Source of the DNA: Escherichia phage Ec_MI-02
DNA: 64,000 nt
Reading direction: 5' to 3' (one strand)
Sequence record: OP856590.1
The notes below the pieces were generated by a model. It had not been told where the DNA came from. It did not search any database and saw only the letters and a list, made by a program, of their open reading frames with translations. Positions 32,365 through 46,521 of this stretch are shown one piece after another; within the stretch, counting starts at the first letter, position 1; the number at the start of each line of letters is the position of its first letter. The position numbers and the translations under genes are program-made.

Positions 32365-32558
32365 TATAAATTCTCTTTTAAATGAAAATGCAGGACTTAT
32401 TGGCATTGCCTGCGCAAGCCCTCAAGGGGAACATAGGTTTTGAATATTTACCGACAGGATAACCATAAACCTCGTCAACATTCAAGAGGTACACCGTAAA
32501 ACAAAGTTAGACGGCTCCTCGATTTTAGCTCACACTAAGGCAGTGAATCTCCAATAAA

Positions 32559-32807
32559 TTACTTCAGTGTTACCACAAAGTGACGAACTGCTTTTCGTGC
32601 AGCAGAAGCCAGAGGCTTAGCATATTTAAGTTCATCTTTTTCCTGAAGCTCAGCGGCTAATGCAGTTTGAGCAGGATTCAGATGTTTGAAATAACGCAGG
32701 ATTTCAAGAGCTTCGGCTTCAACATCAATAGATGCGCCATAGTTTTCGTGACCATTATTCCATGCGTTTCGTTGCAGTTCAAGAGCGTGTTGTAATTGTT
32801 TAATCAT
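32559..32807 (-). CDS. rIII: RIII lysis-inhibition accessory protein
   Basis: 82-aa ORF (T4 RIII length), position between 30.9 and 31. Confidence 0.8.
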   Translation of the reverse strand: MIKQLQHALELQRNAWNNGHENYGASIDVEAEALEILRYFKHLNPAQTALAAELQEKDELKYAKPLASAARKAVRHFVVTLK

Positions 32808-32946
32808 TTAAAAATTCTCGTTAGAGATTAAAACTCGGTAGTCACGTTCTTCTGAATTTCATCTTCTTTCGACAGATCTCTCAGTTGTAGACTACCACGT
32901 AGAATTGTTCGGTTAACTTATTATTCCGACACCCAATTCATATTAT

Positions 32947-32954
32947 TATTTATA
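32947..32954 (-). promoter_or_regulatory. Possible late promoter TATAAATA upstream of rIII
   Basis: Reverse complement TATTTATA within the 3' end of gene 31. Confidence 0.35.
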
Positions 32955-33290
32955 TCACTTATAAAGACACGGAATAGCTTTATAGTGACAGGTAACGAAT
33001 TTTTGTTTAATTTCTTTTGGCTGCTTAAGTCCCAAGGCTACAAAAGGATGCGGAACGTTTCGAATTTGACCAACTGGAAGAGAAGTCAAATCACCAACTT
33101 CGCAGAAACCTTCAGGAACATCAGGACCAACAGAGTGAACTACACACAGTTCAGGAACTTCACCTTGAACACGTTTACCGATAATAAGTCCTGATTCTGT
33201 AACTTCTTCATCACCGGCTTGTGCAGGTTCAGAAACTAAAATAACATATTCACCGACAGCACGAATTGGTAGCTGTTGTACTTCAGACAT
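32955..33290 (-). CDS. 31: gp31 co-chaperonin (GroES-like)
   Basis: Second of two ATGs gives 111 aa starting [19 protein letters not shown], recalled as T4 gp31. Confidence 0.85.
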
Positions 33291-33346
33291 CATTTTTCCT
33301 TTTTGTTAACAGATGAATTAATAATAACAAATAATTCTTAAAGCAT

Positions 33347-33655
33347 TTATTTACCAATAAATTGAAGCAAATGCTCAGCTTTCATACCATTAACGGAAAT
33401 CAATTTGTCAATAGAAAAACCTCGCCACACGCCAAGCTCAACATCAAATACTGGAATCATATCAGTAGATTCTTTCCGAGCAGATTCAGTCAATTTACCA
33501 GTTTGCATGGTTGGCATAAAGTCCGCATCACGAGTGCCTTTCATAGTACGAATAGTACCATCAGACTTTTCAAAAACTACGTTTGAAACCCCCATGGACA
33601 ATTTAGTTTTCAAAATTTCACGAATTGCTACTTTTTGTTCAGTCGTCAGTTTCAT
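33347..33655 (-). CDS. 31.1: Hypothetical protein (31.1 position)
   Basis: 102-aa ORF. Confidence 0.55.
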   Translation of the reverse strand: MKLTTEQKVAIREILKTKLSMGVSNVVFEKSDGTIRTMKGTRDADFMPTMQTGKLTESARKESTDMIPVFDVELGVWRGFSIDKLISVNGMKAEHLLQFIGK

Positions 33656-33892
33656 TTATTTACCTATTACAGTTTTAATATGAGTTGTTCCACGTTCTTT
33701 AAGAGTGGAAAGCAATTTTTGGCATTTTTCTAAATCAGATTTCCAACTATACGGCCTATCAATACTAGTCCAATCAGTTTTATAATACTGTTTCCATTTA
33801 GAGAAAAAATATTTCTTATACTCTACAGCAAATGAAATGTTCTCGTTAGAATAAGAACTAATTGCTGTGAGCTGTACCAAACGAAATTTCAT
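33656..33892 (-). CDS. 31.2: Hypothetical protein (31.2 position)
   Basis: 78-aa ORF, stop adjacent to 31.1 start. Confidence 0.5.
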   Translation of the reverse strand: MKFRLVQLTAISSYSNENISFAVEYKKYFFSKWKQYYKTDWTSIDRPYSWKSDLEKCQKLLSTLKERGTTHIKTVIGK

Positions 33893-34473
33893 TATTCACC
33901 ACAGAATTCGTTGATATTTTCCCAGTTTAACTTATTCAAGTTTTTCTTAGGAACATTAAACACTTCAATACCTGCATTTCGCAGAATATCATCCCAGCCA
34001 GGTTTATTTTTATCGTATGTTTCGCAATAAACCAGCTTTTTAATACCAGATTGAGCTATCGCTTTTGCACAATCTGGGCAAGGAGAAAGTGTTACATACA
34101 TAGTAGCACCTTCAATTGAAGAACCGTTTCGTGCAGCAAACAAAATCGCATTTAATTCAGCATGAATTTCATTTTTAGACGACCATTCAGAGTGCGCGCT
34201 ACGGTGTTCTTTCGCCAAGACAAAACGATCAGTTGAACCAAATGATACACATTCAGGCTTATGACCTTGAATGATAGTATGTTTAGGTTTATTCAGCAAC
34301 CAACCTTGCTCGGCAGCATAATCACAACAGTTCACACCCCCGGCAGGTGAACCATTATATCCGGTAGAAATAATACGTCCATTCTTTTCAATTACTGCTC
34401 CTACCTTCCAGGAGCAACATTTTGATTCTTGCGATACTAAATATGCAATTTGAAGTACTGTACTCGCTTTCAT
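33892..34473 (-). CDS. cd: dCMP deaminase
   Basis: 193-aa ORF; zinc-binding deaminase motifs HAE and PCxxC (SPCPDCAKAI). Confidence 0.9.
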   Translation of the reverse strand: MKASTVLQIAYLVSQESKCCSWKVGAVIEKNGRIISTGYNGSPAGGVNCCDYAAEQGWLLNKPKHTIIQGHKPECVSFGSTDRFVLAKEHRSAHSEWSSKNEIHAELNAILFAARNGSSIEGATMYVTLSPCPDCAKAIAQSGIKKLVYCETYDKNKPGWDDILRNAGIEVFNVPKKNLNKLNWENINEFCGE

Positions 34474-34808
34474 TTCATAATCACCAAATAAGCAGATTTA
34501 GCAGTTTCAACACGATAAATTTCGTGACGAAGTTTAGTTATACTTTTAATAACAGAACTAATTATATTCTGCCCATCTTTAAAGCGGTTTTTCTTATCAA
34601 TAAAAATTGCGCCAACCATCTTTTTGTGAAGCTCAACTGGATACTTCGTCACAATAATAGCATCATACACAGAAGGATGAATACTATTCACTAGAGTGTC
34701 ATTCATTAAAGTTATTCTAATAAACTGTGCTGTGTCAGAGTCAAGCGCTCTATGATCGCCAGTATCATTTTCAAGACAATTATCAATTATATCAGTTAAA
34801 TTCATCAT
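34470..34808 (-). CDS. cd.1: Hypothetical protein (cd.1 position)
   Basis: 112-aa ORF, ATGA coupling to cd. Confidence 0.5.
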   Translation of the reverse strand: MMNLTDIIDNCLENDTGDHRALDSDTAQFIRITLMNDTLVNSIHPSVYDAIIVTKYPVELHKKMVGAIFIDKKNRFKDGQNIISSVIKSITKLRHEIYRVETAKSAYLVIMK

Positions 34809-35041
34809 AGTACGCCATACACCCTTTGTGCTTCAACTAATCCATCAAAATCCAATTTGAGATGTGTTATTTGGTCACCATCACCTGGATTCACAATTAC
34901 TAATACTGAACGAGGAGTTTCGGTAATAACGCGAACCGATGTTTCTGGAAATCGTTCAGAAACCTTATTTACCAATTCCTGAGCAAATAGTTTAACTTTT
35001 TCTTGGAATTCTTTAACAGTAATTGGTTTTTCACTTAGCAT
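34805..35041 (-). CDS. cd.2: Hypothetical protein (cd.2 position)
   Basis: 78-aa ORF, ATGA coupling. Confidence 0.5.
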   Translation of the reverse strand: MLSEKPITVKEFQEKVKLFAQELVNKVSERFPETSVRVITETPRSVLVIVNPGDGDQITHLKLDFDGLVEAQRVYGVL

Positions 35042-35562
35042 GTTGATCCCAGCTCCTTACTTTCAACGTTTTTAACTAATTTGACAGAAACTAATTCGGC
35101 ATCTTGGGTAATCATTACCGGACCTTCTTCATACTCTTCAAGATATTCTAGAGCTTTCTTTTTAGCTTCTTCCTTCGTATCAGTTTGAGCATAGATATAA
35201 AACATGCAACCAGTAATACCTACTACTTTCCACTTAATTTCTTTATCAGTTTTAATTTCAAATTTACTGACAGAATCATCTTTTTGAACTTCTTCGAAAA
35301 AAGAATATTCTAACATATAAGCAATTGAAAATAGCGGGCTAACTTTATAGGATTCGCCCATTACATCAACAGCTTTATACCAGCAGTCATCAATTTCGCG
35401 TTTAATGCTAATAACATTTTTCGCAGGATCTATTTTTACTTTAAATGAATTTTCCCCAATAAACTGGGCAATTCGTTTATTAGCCCCGCAAGTTTCATTA
35501 AAAATATCTTTATATCCAGCTTTAAAGCGATAAACCTTATCTTCTTCAAACCATTCGCTCAT
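35035..35562 (-). CDS. cd.3: Hypothetical protein (cd.3 position)
   Basis: 175-aa ORF, SD GAGGA, early promoter upstream. Confidence 0.55.
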   Translation of the reverse strand: MSEWFEEDKVYRFKAGYKDIFNETCGANKRIAQFIGENSFKVKIDPAKNVISIKREIDDCWYKAVDVMGESYKVSPLFSIAYMLEYSFFEEVQKDDSVSKFEIKTDKEIKWKVVGITGCMFYIYAQTDTKEEAKKKALEYLEEYEEGPVMITQDAELVSVKLVKNVESKELGSTC

Positions 35563-35583
35563 TTCAATTTCCTCATTTGTTTT

Positions 35584-35622
35584 GGTAGAGCTATAATATC
35601 ACAACTCTACCGTAAAGTAAAC
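35584..35622 (-). promoter_or_regulatory. Early promoter for cd.3 embedded in 7-bp inverted repeat
   Basis: On - strand GTTTAC-18 nt-TATTAT with TG extension; GGTAGAG 35584-35590 / CTCTACC 35605-35611. Confidence 0.5.
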
Positions 35623-35624
35623 TA

Positions 35625-35906
35625 TTAAATTGCTTTGAATTCTGATGTCTGTGATTCAAAGCGAATATCGCCTTTGATGACTAGCTCAGCATCAAGACCA
35701 AATACGACAATGATATGCGCGGAACCCGGATACAGCGTAATTGCAATAGAATCCACCTGGTCTGGAAGCAAAGTGTTCAATACATGAGTCACTTGAGCAT
35801 GAATTCGAAGCTCGGCTGCGTTATCAAGCTTTTCAAACATATTATTAGCGATAATTTGACTAAACACTACTTCTACGATTTTAGAATAAGTCGGAAACAT
35901 ATTCAC
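35625..35906 (-). CDS. cd.4: Hypothetical protein (cd.4 position)
   Basis: 93-aa ORF. Confidence 0.5.
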   Translation of the reverse strand: MNMFPTYSKIVEVVFSQIIANNMFEKLDNAAELRIHAQVTHVLNTLLPDQVDSIAITLYPGSAHIIVVFGLDAELVIKGDIRFESQTSEFKAI

Positions 35907-36095
35907 CCCACATAATTTTCTTCAAGCCAATTAATAACATCCAACGCATTATCAAAAGTTGAACCATCTACTATGTCTTCTGTTTCATAATCAAGAATAT
36001 CTAAGTCTATTCTTCCATCAACAATAGGCCATAAACAAAATAAATATTTCTTTTCTTTTTCAATTTTATCACAAAGTTGATAAATCTTTTCTATG

Positions 36096-36103
<8 letters not shown>
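35903..36103 (-). CDS. cd.5: Hypothetical protein (cd.5 position)
   Basis: 66-aa ORF, ATGA coupling. Confidence 0.5.
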
Positions 36104-37518
<1,415 letters not shown>

Positions 37519-37521
37519 TTA

Positions 37522-37752
37522 TTATTTCTCAACCAATGATTGAATATAATCATGCAGGTCTTTAGATGCTTTACCCCACTTATTTTGGTATTCATTTTTA
37601 AGATTAGCACGTGATTGAGCTAATAAAACATCATTAGTTGGAGGTAAAGATTCTAACCGCTGAATCTGGCGTCCGTAAATCATTGCAGCCATCTCGGATT
37701 CATAAATCAATCCTTTGAGATGTTCAAATTGATGCCATGAAATCATTTGCAT
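37522..37752 (-). CDS. Hypothetical protein
   Basis: 76-aa ORF between spanin pair and pseT-proximal ORF. Confidence 0.5.
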   Translation of the reverse strand: MQMISWHQFEHLKGLIYESEMAAMIYGRQIQRLESLPPTNDVLLAQSRANLKNEYQNKWGKASKDLHDYIQSLVEK

Positions 37753-38042
37753 TTATCCTCTTTTAACTCTTGGCGATAATAACATATCATAGTTTTCTGA
37801 TCATGTACATATCGTTTTACATCATTAAGCCAAATACGAAATTCCTGGGAATCTTCGAATGGCATACCGACCCAAGCTTTACCATCAATAACTTTAACTT
37901 GCCAAGATAGTTTAGCTTCATCGTATGACTTTATTTGTACTGGCCAATTAGGATGAACTGTTTCTTTCTTTACTTCTAGAGGCTTTGTCGAACAACCAAC
38001 TAGAAGACCGATAGATAATATTACTGCTGACAGTTTAATCAT
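37743..38042 (-). CDS. pseT.2: Outer-membrane spanin (o-spanin) lipoprotein
   Basis: 99-aa ORF; signal peptide with lipobox LLVGCS; ATGA coupling to i-spanin; T4 spanins recalled as pseT.3/pseT.2. Confidence 0.7.
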   Translation of the reverse strand: MIKLSAVILSIGLLVGCSTKPLEVKKETVHPNWPVQIKSYDEAKLSWQVKVIDGKAWVGMPFEDSQEFRIWLNDVKRYVHDQKTMICYYRQELKEDKCK

Positions 38043-38392
38043 TTAGAAAGGTCCTGGATGTCTTCTGCGAACTTGTTGAAGGAGTTGTTGATTTGTTTTT
38101 CAACCAATCCTGGCTTATGAGCCACCACATCCGCCTTCTTTGCGTCTTTGCGCAGTTTTTCATTTTCACGCTCAATAGCAGCAATTGCCTCACGATTTTT
38201 ATTATTCATCGCATCAATATAATTATACTGAATTCGCAAATTATTTAATGCTAAAGCGTTTTCATTGGCCGTTTTTGTAATTTCTACAACAGACGTTTCT
38301 AATCTTTCAATTTTATTTTTTAAAATTAAAGAAGTTCCGCCCAATGCAATTACAATTAATAACAAGCCTGTTGTCGTATTACTTAATTGCAT
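38039..38392 (-). CDS. pseT.3: Inner-membrane spanin (i-spanin)
   Basis: 117-aa ORF; N-terminal TMD (GLLLIVIALGGTSLIL) then charged coiled-coil region; upstream of o-spanin. Confidence 0.7.
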   Translation of the reverse strand: MQLSNTTTGLLLIVIALGGTSLILKNKIERLETSVVEITKTANENALALNNLRIQYNYIDAMNNKNREAIAAIERENEKLRKDAKKADVVAHKPGLVEKQINNSFNKFAEDIQDLSK

Positions 38393-38886
38393 AAAGTTTT
38401 AATAACCTCTATAATATCGTCTTGAGAAAGACCGTTAATTAAAATATGATGTTCAGCCGGAGATTTAGAAATTTTAAAGCATGCCTCAACATCTTCTGCC
38501 ATATCTGATGCACTACGATTTGGATTACTAATTCCAAGACGGTGTTTTCCCGTTAAAGGATTAACGATGATATAGCATTTACAGTTGTTAATATGAACAT
38601 TAGGTTGAGTCTGATTAATGAACACATCACAATCATATTTCGCAAGCTGATTTTCTAAAAAGACTTTCATCTCCTCAACCGCATCAGGAAGCATATCACG
38701 AGCTTGCTCAAGACGACGATTTCGATATTCTTTAATGGTCGTTTTCCGCTTGACTTGCTTAGCTAAATCTTTCTTAAGATCGGTGATATATCCAACTCGA
38801 CGATTTCCTTTAAATACAGAAATCCCATCTGTAGTATCACCGTATGCTTCAACGACCATCTCAGTAGTAATAAGCTGCAAATCCAT
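38383..38886 (-). CDS. alc: Alc, inhibitor of host transcription on cytosine DNA
   Basis: 167 aa from second ATG; position between spanins and rnlA as in T4. Confidence 0.65.
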   Translation of the reverse strand: MDLQLITTEMVVEAYGDTTDGISVFKGNRRVGYITDLKKDLAKQVKRKTTIKEYRNRRLEQARDMLPDAVEEMKVFLENQLAKYDCDVFINQTQPNVHINNCKCYIIVNPLTGKHRLGISNPNRSASDMAEDVEACFKISKSPAEHHILINGLSQDDIIEVIKTLCN

Positions 38887-38950
38887 CATAAAGTCCTCAT
38901 GTTATGTCAGTAAGACTACTGTAACACAACACGAGGGACTTGTAAACAGC

Positions 38951-40538
<1,588 letters not shown>

Positions 40539-40565
40539 AATAAAATGGGCCTTGCGGCCCACTCC

Positions 40566-41744
40566 TTAAAAATATTTTTTAAAACTCATCATAACTTTAT
40601 CATCAACATCATTATCAATCTGTGCTACAAGGTAAGATGACAGTTCTACTTCTTGTGGCGCGGATTGAACATTATCAGAATTAAGATATTCACGAATCCA
40701 AGGATACGGATGTTTAACCGGAGCATCGGTAATTGGGCATGGAAGACCGCACTGTTTCATACGAGATACAGTTAAGTAATCAATAAAGCTCCACATGCTA
40801 TTTGTATTTAATCCAGGAACATCGCCATCTTTAAATAAATGAACTGCCCAATCTTTTTCTTGGCGGTTAACTTCCATGAAAATATCAACTGCTTCTTGTT
40901 CACACTCTTGGGCGATTTTAACCCATTCATCACCATCAGTGCCAAGTTGAAGTTGACGAATAATATATTGGGTGCCTTTAAGGTGAAGCTGCTCATCACG
41001 TGCAATGAACTTCATAATCTTGGCATTACCTTCCATGATTTCCATGTTTTTATGGAAGTTAAAGGTACATGCGAAAGATACATAAAAACGAATAGCTTCC
41101 AATGCGTTGATTACGTGCAGGCAGAGGTAAAGAGAGCGCATTAGTTCACGTTTCCAATACATTTCATGCTCTATGGCATCTTTAATATCATCTTCGTCTG
41201 CGTTAATTTCTTTTTGGTACTCAATATCAGCTTTAGCATTCTGCCAATATCTAGTTTTCTTAATAACATCATCATAATAACGACCAATAGATTCAGCACG
41301 TTTCATGATAGCTTTATCTAATACAATCTCATCAAATACCTTTGACGGATCAGTATAAAGATTCCGCATAATATGAGTGTATGAACGACTGTGAATAGTT
41401 TCACTAAAAGTCCATGTAGCAACCCATGTATCAAGGCTTGGGTCTGAAATTAATGACATAAGTACAGCAGACGGTGCACGACCCTGAATGCTATCTAGAA
41501 GTGATTGATACTTCAGGTTATTAGTAAAAATATCTTGCTGATACTGAGGAAGCTTGTTAAATTGTGCAGCATCCATCATCAAGTTTACTTCTTCAGGACG
41601 CCAGAAAAATGATAATTGCTTTTCGGTTAAATCTTCAAAAACTTTATGACGTTGAATATCATAACGCGCAATACCAAGACCTGAACCGAAGAACATAGGT
41701 TCTTTTAAAACATCAACTGGATTTGTATTAAAAACTGTGCTCAT
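40566..41744 (-). CDS. nrdB: Ribonucleotide reductase small subunit, uninterrupted
   Basis: 392-aa continuous ORF with ferritin-like helices; no intron-sized insertion. Confidence 0.9.
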   Translation of the reverse strand: MSTVFNTNPVDVLKEPMFFGSGLGIARYDIQRHKVFEDLTEKQLSFFWRPEEVNLMMDAAQFNKLPQYQQDIFTNNLKYQSLLDSIQGRAPSAVLMSLISDPSLDTWVATWTFSETIHSRSYTHIMRNLYTDPSKVFDEIVLDKAIMKRAESIGRYYDDVIKKTRYWQNAKADIEYQKEINADEDDIKDAIEHEMYWKRELMRSLYLCLHVINALEAIRFYVSFACTFNFHKNMEIMEGNAKIMKFIARDEQLHLKGTQYIIRQLQLGTDGDEWVKIAQECEQEAVDIFMEVNRQEKDWAVHLFKDGDVPGLNTNSMWSFIDYLTVSRMKQCGLPCPITDAPVKHPYPWIREYLNSDNVQSAPQEVELSSYLVAQIDNDVDDKVMMSFKKYF

Positions 41745-41795
41745 AAATTTTCCGCTTAGTTAATAGATAGTGACTCGTCCGTGAGTCAAATTATA

Positions 41796-44060
41796 TCATA
41801 ATTTACAGGATGAACAATCTTCAGCTTTTGGAGTTTCTATTTCATAATCATCAGTACCAGAACCATCACGGGTATTATGATAATAGAAATTTTTTCCGCC
41901 AAAATACCAAAAATACAAAAGGTCATCAATCATTATTGACATTGGAACCTTTCCTTTTGGAAAAATCTGCGGGTCATAATATGTATTCGCTGAAGCTGAT
42001 TGACATACCCATTTCAGCATAATAGCTACTTGCGTAAGATAAGGTTTATTACCTTTTTTAGCTAATTTCCACGTATAATCATACAGGTCTATGTTATGCT
42101 CAATATTGGGCACGACTTGATTAAAGGAGCCCTCTTTTGATTCTTTAACAGAGACTGGTCCACGTGGAGGCTCGATACCGTTTGTACTGTTAGAAACTTG
42201 GGAAGATGACTCACATGGCATAAGTGCTGATAATGTGCTATTACGGATGCCAAAGAGCTTAAGGTCTTCCCGCAGCGACGACCAGTCACAAACGTATTTT
42301 GGAGCTGCGATTTGGTCAATCTTTTTATTGTACCAGTCGATAGGTAATTCGCCTCGAGACCAACGAGTGTCTGAATAATATTCGCAAGGTCCTTTTTCTT
42401 TGGCGAGCTTAATGGATGCTTTAATGAGTCCATACTGTAATCTCTCAAATAGTTCATGTGTTAAATCGTTAGCATCTTCATAAGAAGCAAAATTACTTGC
42501 CAGCCAAGCTGCATAGTTAGTAACACCTACGCCAAGGTTTCGACGCTTTTTAGCTTTTTCTGCTTCAGGAACTGGATATCCTTGGTAGTCCAAAAGATTA
42601 TCAAGAGCACGAACTTGGACTTCTGCCAATTCATTAATTTTATCTTGGTCTTGCCAATCGAAGTTATCTAACACAAATGCAGATAACGTGCACAATCCAA
42701 TTTCAGCATCAGGACTATTCACATCATTTGTTGGAATAGCAATTTCACAACACAAGTTACTCTGACGAATAGGTGCCTTTTCACGAATAAATGGCGTATA
42801 GTTATTCGTATTATCAATGAACTGCACATAAATCCTTGCTGTTCCTGAGCGTTCAGTCATGAGTAATTCAAACAGTTCACGGGCTTTAATACGCTTTTTA
42901 CGAATATTAGGGTCTTTTTCTGCGGCTTCGTATAATTCACGGAAACGGTCTTGGTCTTTAAAATAAGAATAATAAAGTTCGCCACCCATTTCATGCGGAC
43001 TGAACAAAGTAATGTAATCATTCTTTCCGAATCGTTCCATCATTAGGTCATTCAGTTGAACGCCATAATCCATATGACGGATACGGTTTTCTTCTACACC
43101 TTTGTTATTTTTCAAAACGAGAAGATTTTCAACTTCCAAATGCCAAATAGGATAATAAGCAGTAGCAGCGCCGCCACGAATTCCACCCTGTGAACATGAT
43201 TTAACTGCAGTCTGAAAATGTTTCCAAAAAGGAATAACACCAGTATGACGCACTTCACCCATTCCAATCTTAGAACCTTCGGCACGAATCATACCAACGT
43301 TAATACCAATTCCAGCGCGTTTGGAGATATATTCAACAATTGAAGCAGAAGCCTTATTGATAGACTTTAATGAATCACCTGCCTCAATAACAACGCATGA
43401 ACTAAACTGCCGAGTTGGAGTACGGCAACCAGCCATAATAGGGGTTGGCAGTGAAATCTGTCGAGTAGATACTGCTTCATAAAAACGAATAACATGTTTT
43501 AATCTATCAACAGGTTCATCTTGATGCAATGCCATTCCAATAGTCATAAATGCAAACTGTGGAGTTTCATAAATTTGACCAGTGGTTTTATCTTTAACTA
43601 GATATTTTTCTTTTAATTGCATCGCCCCGGAATAAGTAAATTCCATATCCCGTTCGTGCTTAATTTTTGATTCTAAAAATGTAATTTCTTCTGCTGAATA
43701 TTTTGACAATAATTCAGGGTCGTATTTACCTTCATTTACACAATAAGAAATATGATCAATAAATGAACGTGGTTCATACTGTCCATAAACATGCTTACGA
43801 AGAGCGAACATTAAACAGCGTGCAGCTACATATTGGTAATCAGGCTCTTCAACTGAAATAGAATTCGCAGCAGCCTTAATTACAATGGTTTGAATGTCAT
43901 CAGTTGTCATTCCATCACGGAGATATGATTTAATATTTTCATATAATTCATAAGGATCTACAGATGTTCCTTCAGCTGCCCAAGATAAAACTTTAATAAT
44001 TTTTTGCGGGTCAAAGCTCTGAGAAACACCACTACTTTTGATAACATTAATTAATTGCAT
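41796..44060 (-). CDS. nrdA: Ribonucleotide reductase large subunit
   Basis: 754-aa ORF (T4 NrdA length). Confidence 0.95.
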   Translation of the reverse strand: MQLINVIKSSGVSQSFDPQKIIKVLSWAAEGTSVDPYELYENIKSYLRDGMTTDDIQTIVIKAAANSISVEEPDYQYVAARCLMFALRKHVYGQYEPRSFIDHISYCVNEGKYDPELLSKYSAEEITFLESKIKHERDMEFTYSGAMQLKEKYLVKDKTTGQIYETPQFAFMTIGMALHQDEPVDRLKHVIRFYEAVSTRQISLPTPIMAGCRTPTRQFSSCVVIEAGDSLKSINKASASIVEYISKRAGIGINVGMIRAEGSKIGMGEVRHTGVIPFWKHFQTAVKSCSQGGIRGGAATAYYPIWHLEVENLLVLKNNKGVEENRIRHMDYGVQLNDLMMERFGKNDYITLFSPHEMGGELYYSYFKDQDRFRELYEAAEKDPNIRKKRIKARELFELLMTERSGTARIYVQFIDNTNNYTPFIREKAPIRQSNLCCEIAIPTNDVNSPDAEIGLCTLSAFVLDNFDWQDQDKINELAEVQVRALDNLLDYQGYPVPEAEKAKKRRNLGVGVTNYAAWLASNFASYEDANDLTHELFERLQYGLIKASIKLAKEKGPCEYYSDTRWSRGELPIDWYNKKIDQIAAPKYVCDWSSLREDLKLFGIRNSTLSALMPCESSSQVSNSTNGIEPPRGPVSVKESKEGSFNQVVPNIEHNIDLYDYTWKLAKKGNKPYLTQVAIMLKWVCQSASANTYYDPQIFPKGKVPMSIMIDDLLYFWYFGGKNFYYHNTRDGSGTDDYEIETPKAEDCSSCKL

Positions 44061-44314
44061 AAGTCCTCAACTTGAAAATCGTCTTTAAACAATCGGTTAA
44101 CTATATGAGCTATTATATCACCATGACACGGCTTCGGTTTACATGTGCATCCTAGCCTCATTCCACGTAAAGGCTCTAAATGTGCTTTAGTTATTTCTCC
44201 GGATTTAATTCGACGTATAAAATCTTTTTTTGAATAATTCAATGGCAGCCTCCCGGCTGCCAGCATCTTTACCGACGTAATTTCCCCAAAATGTACCACG
44301 GTGAATATTAACAT
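44051..44314 (-). CDS. nrdA.1: Small Cys/His-containing protein (nrdA.1 position)
   Basis: Table ORF starts TTG; ATG 44312-44314 gives 87 aa; motif CTCKPKPCHGD; overlaps nrdA start by 10 nt. Confidence 0.5.
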   Translation of the reverse strand: MLIFTVVHFGEITSVKMLAAGRLPLNYSKKDFIRRIKSGEITKAHLEPLRGMRLGCTCKPKPCHGDIIAHIVNRLFKDDFQVEDLCN

Positions 44315-44331
44315 CAAAGTCGGATTTATAT

Positions 44332-44595
44332 TTATTCACTACCTGGCATAGACGGCCCGCGCGGTGATAATTCGTCATATTGTTTTTCCGTTAAAACAGT
44401 AATATCATAATAACAGTCAGAAGAAGTTTTAACTGTGGAAATTTTATTATCAAAATACTCACGAGTCATTTTATGAGTATAATATTTTTTGCCATAAATG
44501 ATAATAGGCTGATTTGGTCCTGGAACTTCTAACTCGCTTGGATTAGGAAGTGTAAAAAGAACGACACCAGAAGTATCTTTAAATCGTAAAATCAT
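44332..44595 (-). CDS. nrdA.2: Hypothetical protein (nrdA.2 position)
   Basis: Table ORF starts TTG; ATG 44593-44595 after GAGGA gives 87 aa. Confidence 0.5.
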   Translation of the reverse strand: MILRFKDTSGVVLFTLPNPSELEVPGPNQPIIIYGKKYYTHKMTREYFDNKISTVKTSSDCYYDITVLTEKQYDELSPRGPSMPGSE

Positions 44596-44618
44596 ATATC
44601 CTCGCAATTAAATTAAAA

Positions 44619-45478
44619 TTATACCGCCATCTTTCCTTTAATTGGCGGGTGAGATACATAGTTGTTAAGAACAAAATCATGCGGCTTTGCGAATTGACTC
44701 AACCAAAATACCTGTGATTCTGTGTTCCATTCATCAAATTCATCTGGAAATTTTAATTGTAATTCGCATAAATCCATAGGTTCACGACGCAAAATTTCTT
44801 TACATTGTTCTACGTGATTCATATAGATATGAGTATTACCACCAGAAAATATCAAATCTCCAGGAATAAGATTACACATCTTAGCTACAATATGAACTAA
44901 CGTAGCATATGATGCAATATTAAATGGAAGACCGAGGAAAACATCTACCGAACGTTGATACCACTGCAAATCCAAATAGCCATTACGCACATTAAATTGA
45001 TAGAACATATGACAAGGTGGTAATGCCATTTGCTTGAGTTCAGCTGGATTCCATGCTGAAACAATTTGACGTCTATCATTTGGCAGTTTTTTAATACGAT
45101 CAACAACTTCTATAATTTGGTCTACACCACCAAAATCACGCCACTGTTTTCCATAAATTGGACCAAGTTCACCACTATGGTATCCTAAATCTTTTGCTTG
45201 ATTTTCGTAATTTTCATCCCAGACTGTTTTGCCTTGAATTAATGAATCATGTTGAATTAATCGCAAATCATTGACATTTGTGCTTCCCGATAAAAACCAT
45301 ATTAGCTCAGCAATGCAAGCTTTCCAGGCAAGCTTCTTAGTCGTTACTGCAGGAAAACCTTTAGTTAAATCCCAGCGTAATTTAGTACCGAACAAAGCAA
45401 TTGTTCCTGTGCCTGTTCGGTCATCGGTTTCATAACCGTTTTCCAGGATATTTTTAATTAAAAATTGGTATTGTTTCA

Positions 45479-45479
<1 letters not shown>
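44619..45479 (-). CDS. td: Thymidylate synthase, uninterrupted
   Basis: Table ORF starts TTG 45491; ATG 45477-45479 gives 286 aa starting MKQYQ; continuous frame, no intron. Confidence 0.9.
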
Positions 45480-46511
<1,032 letters not shown>

Positions 46512-46521
46512 GTTATTTTCC

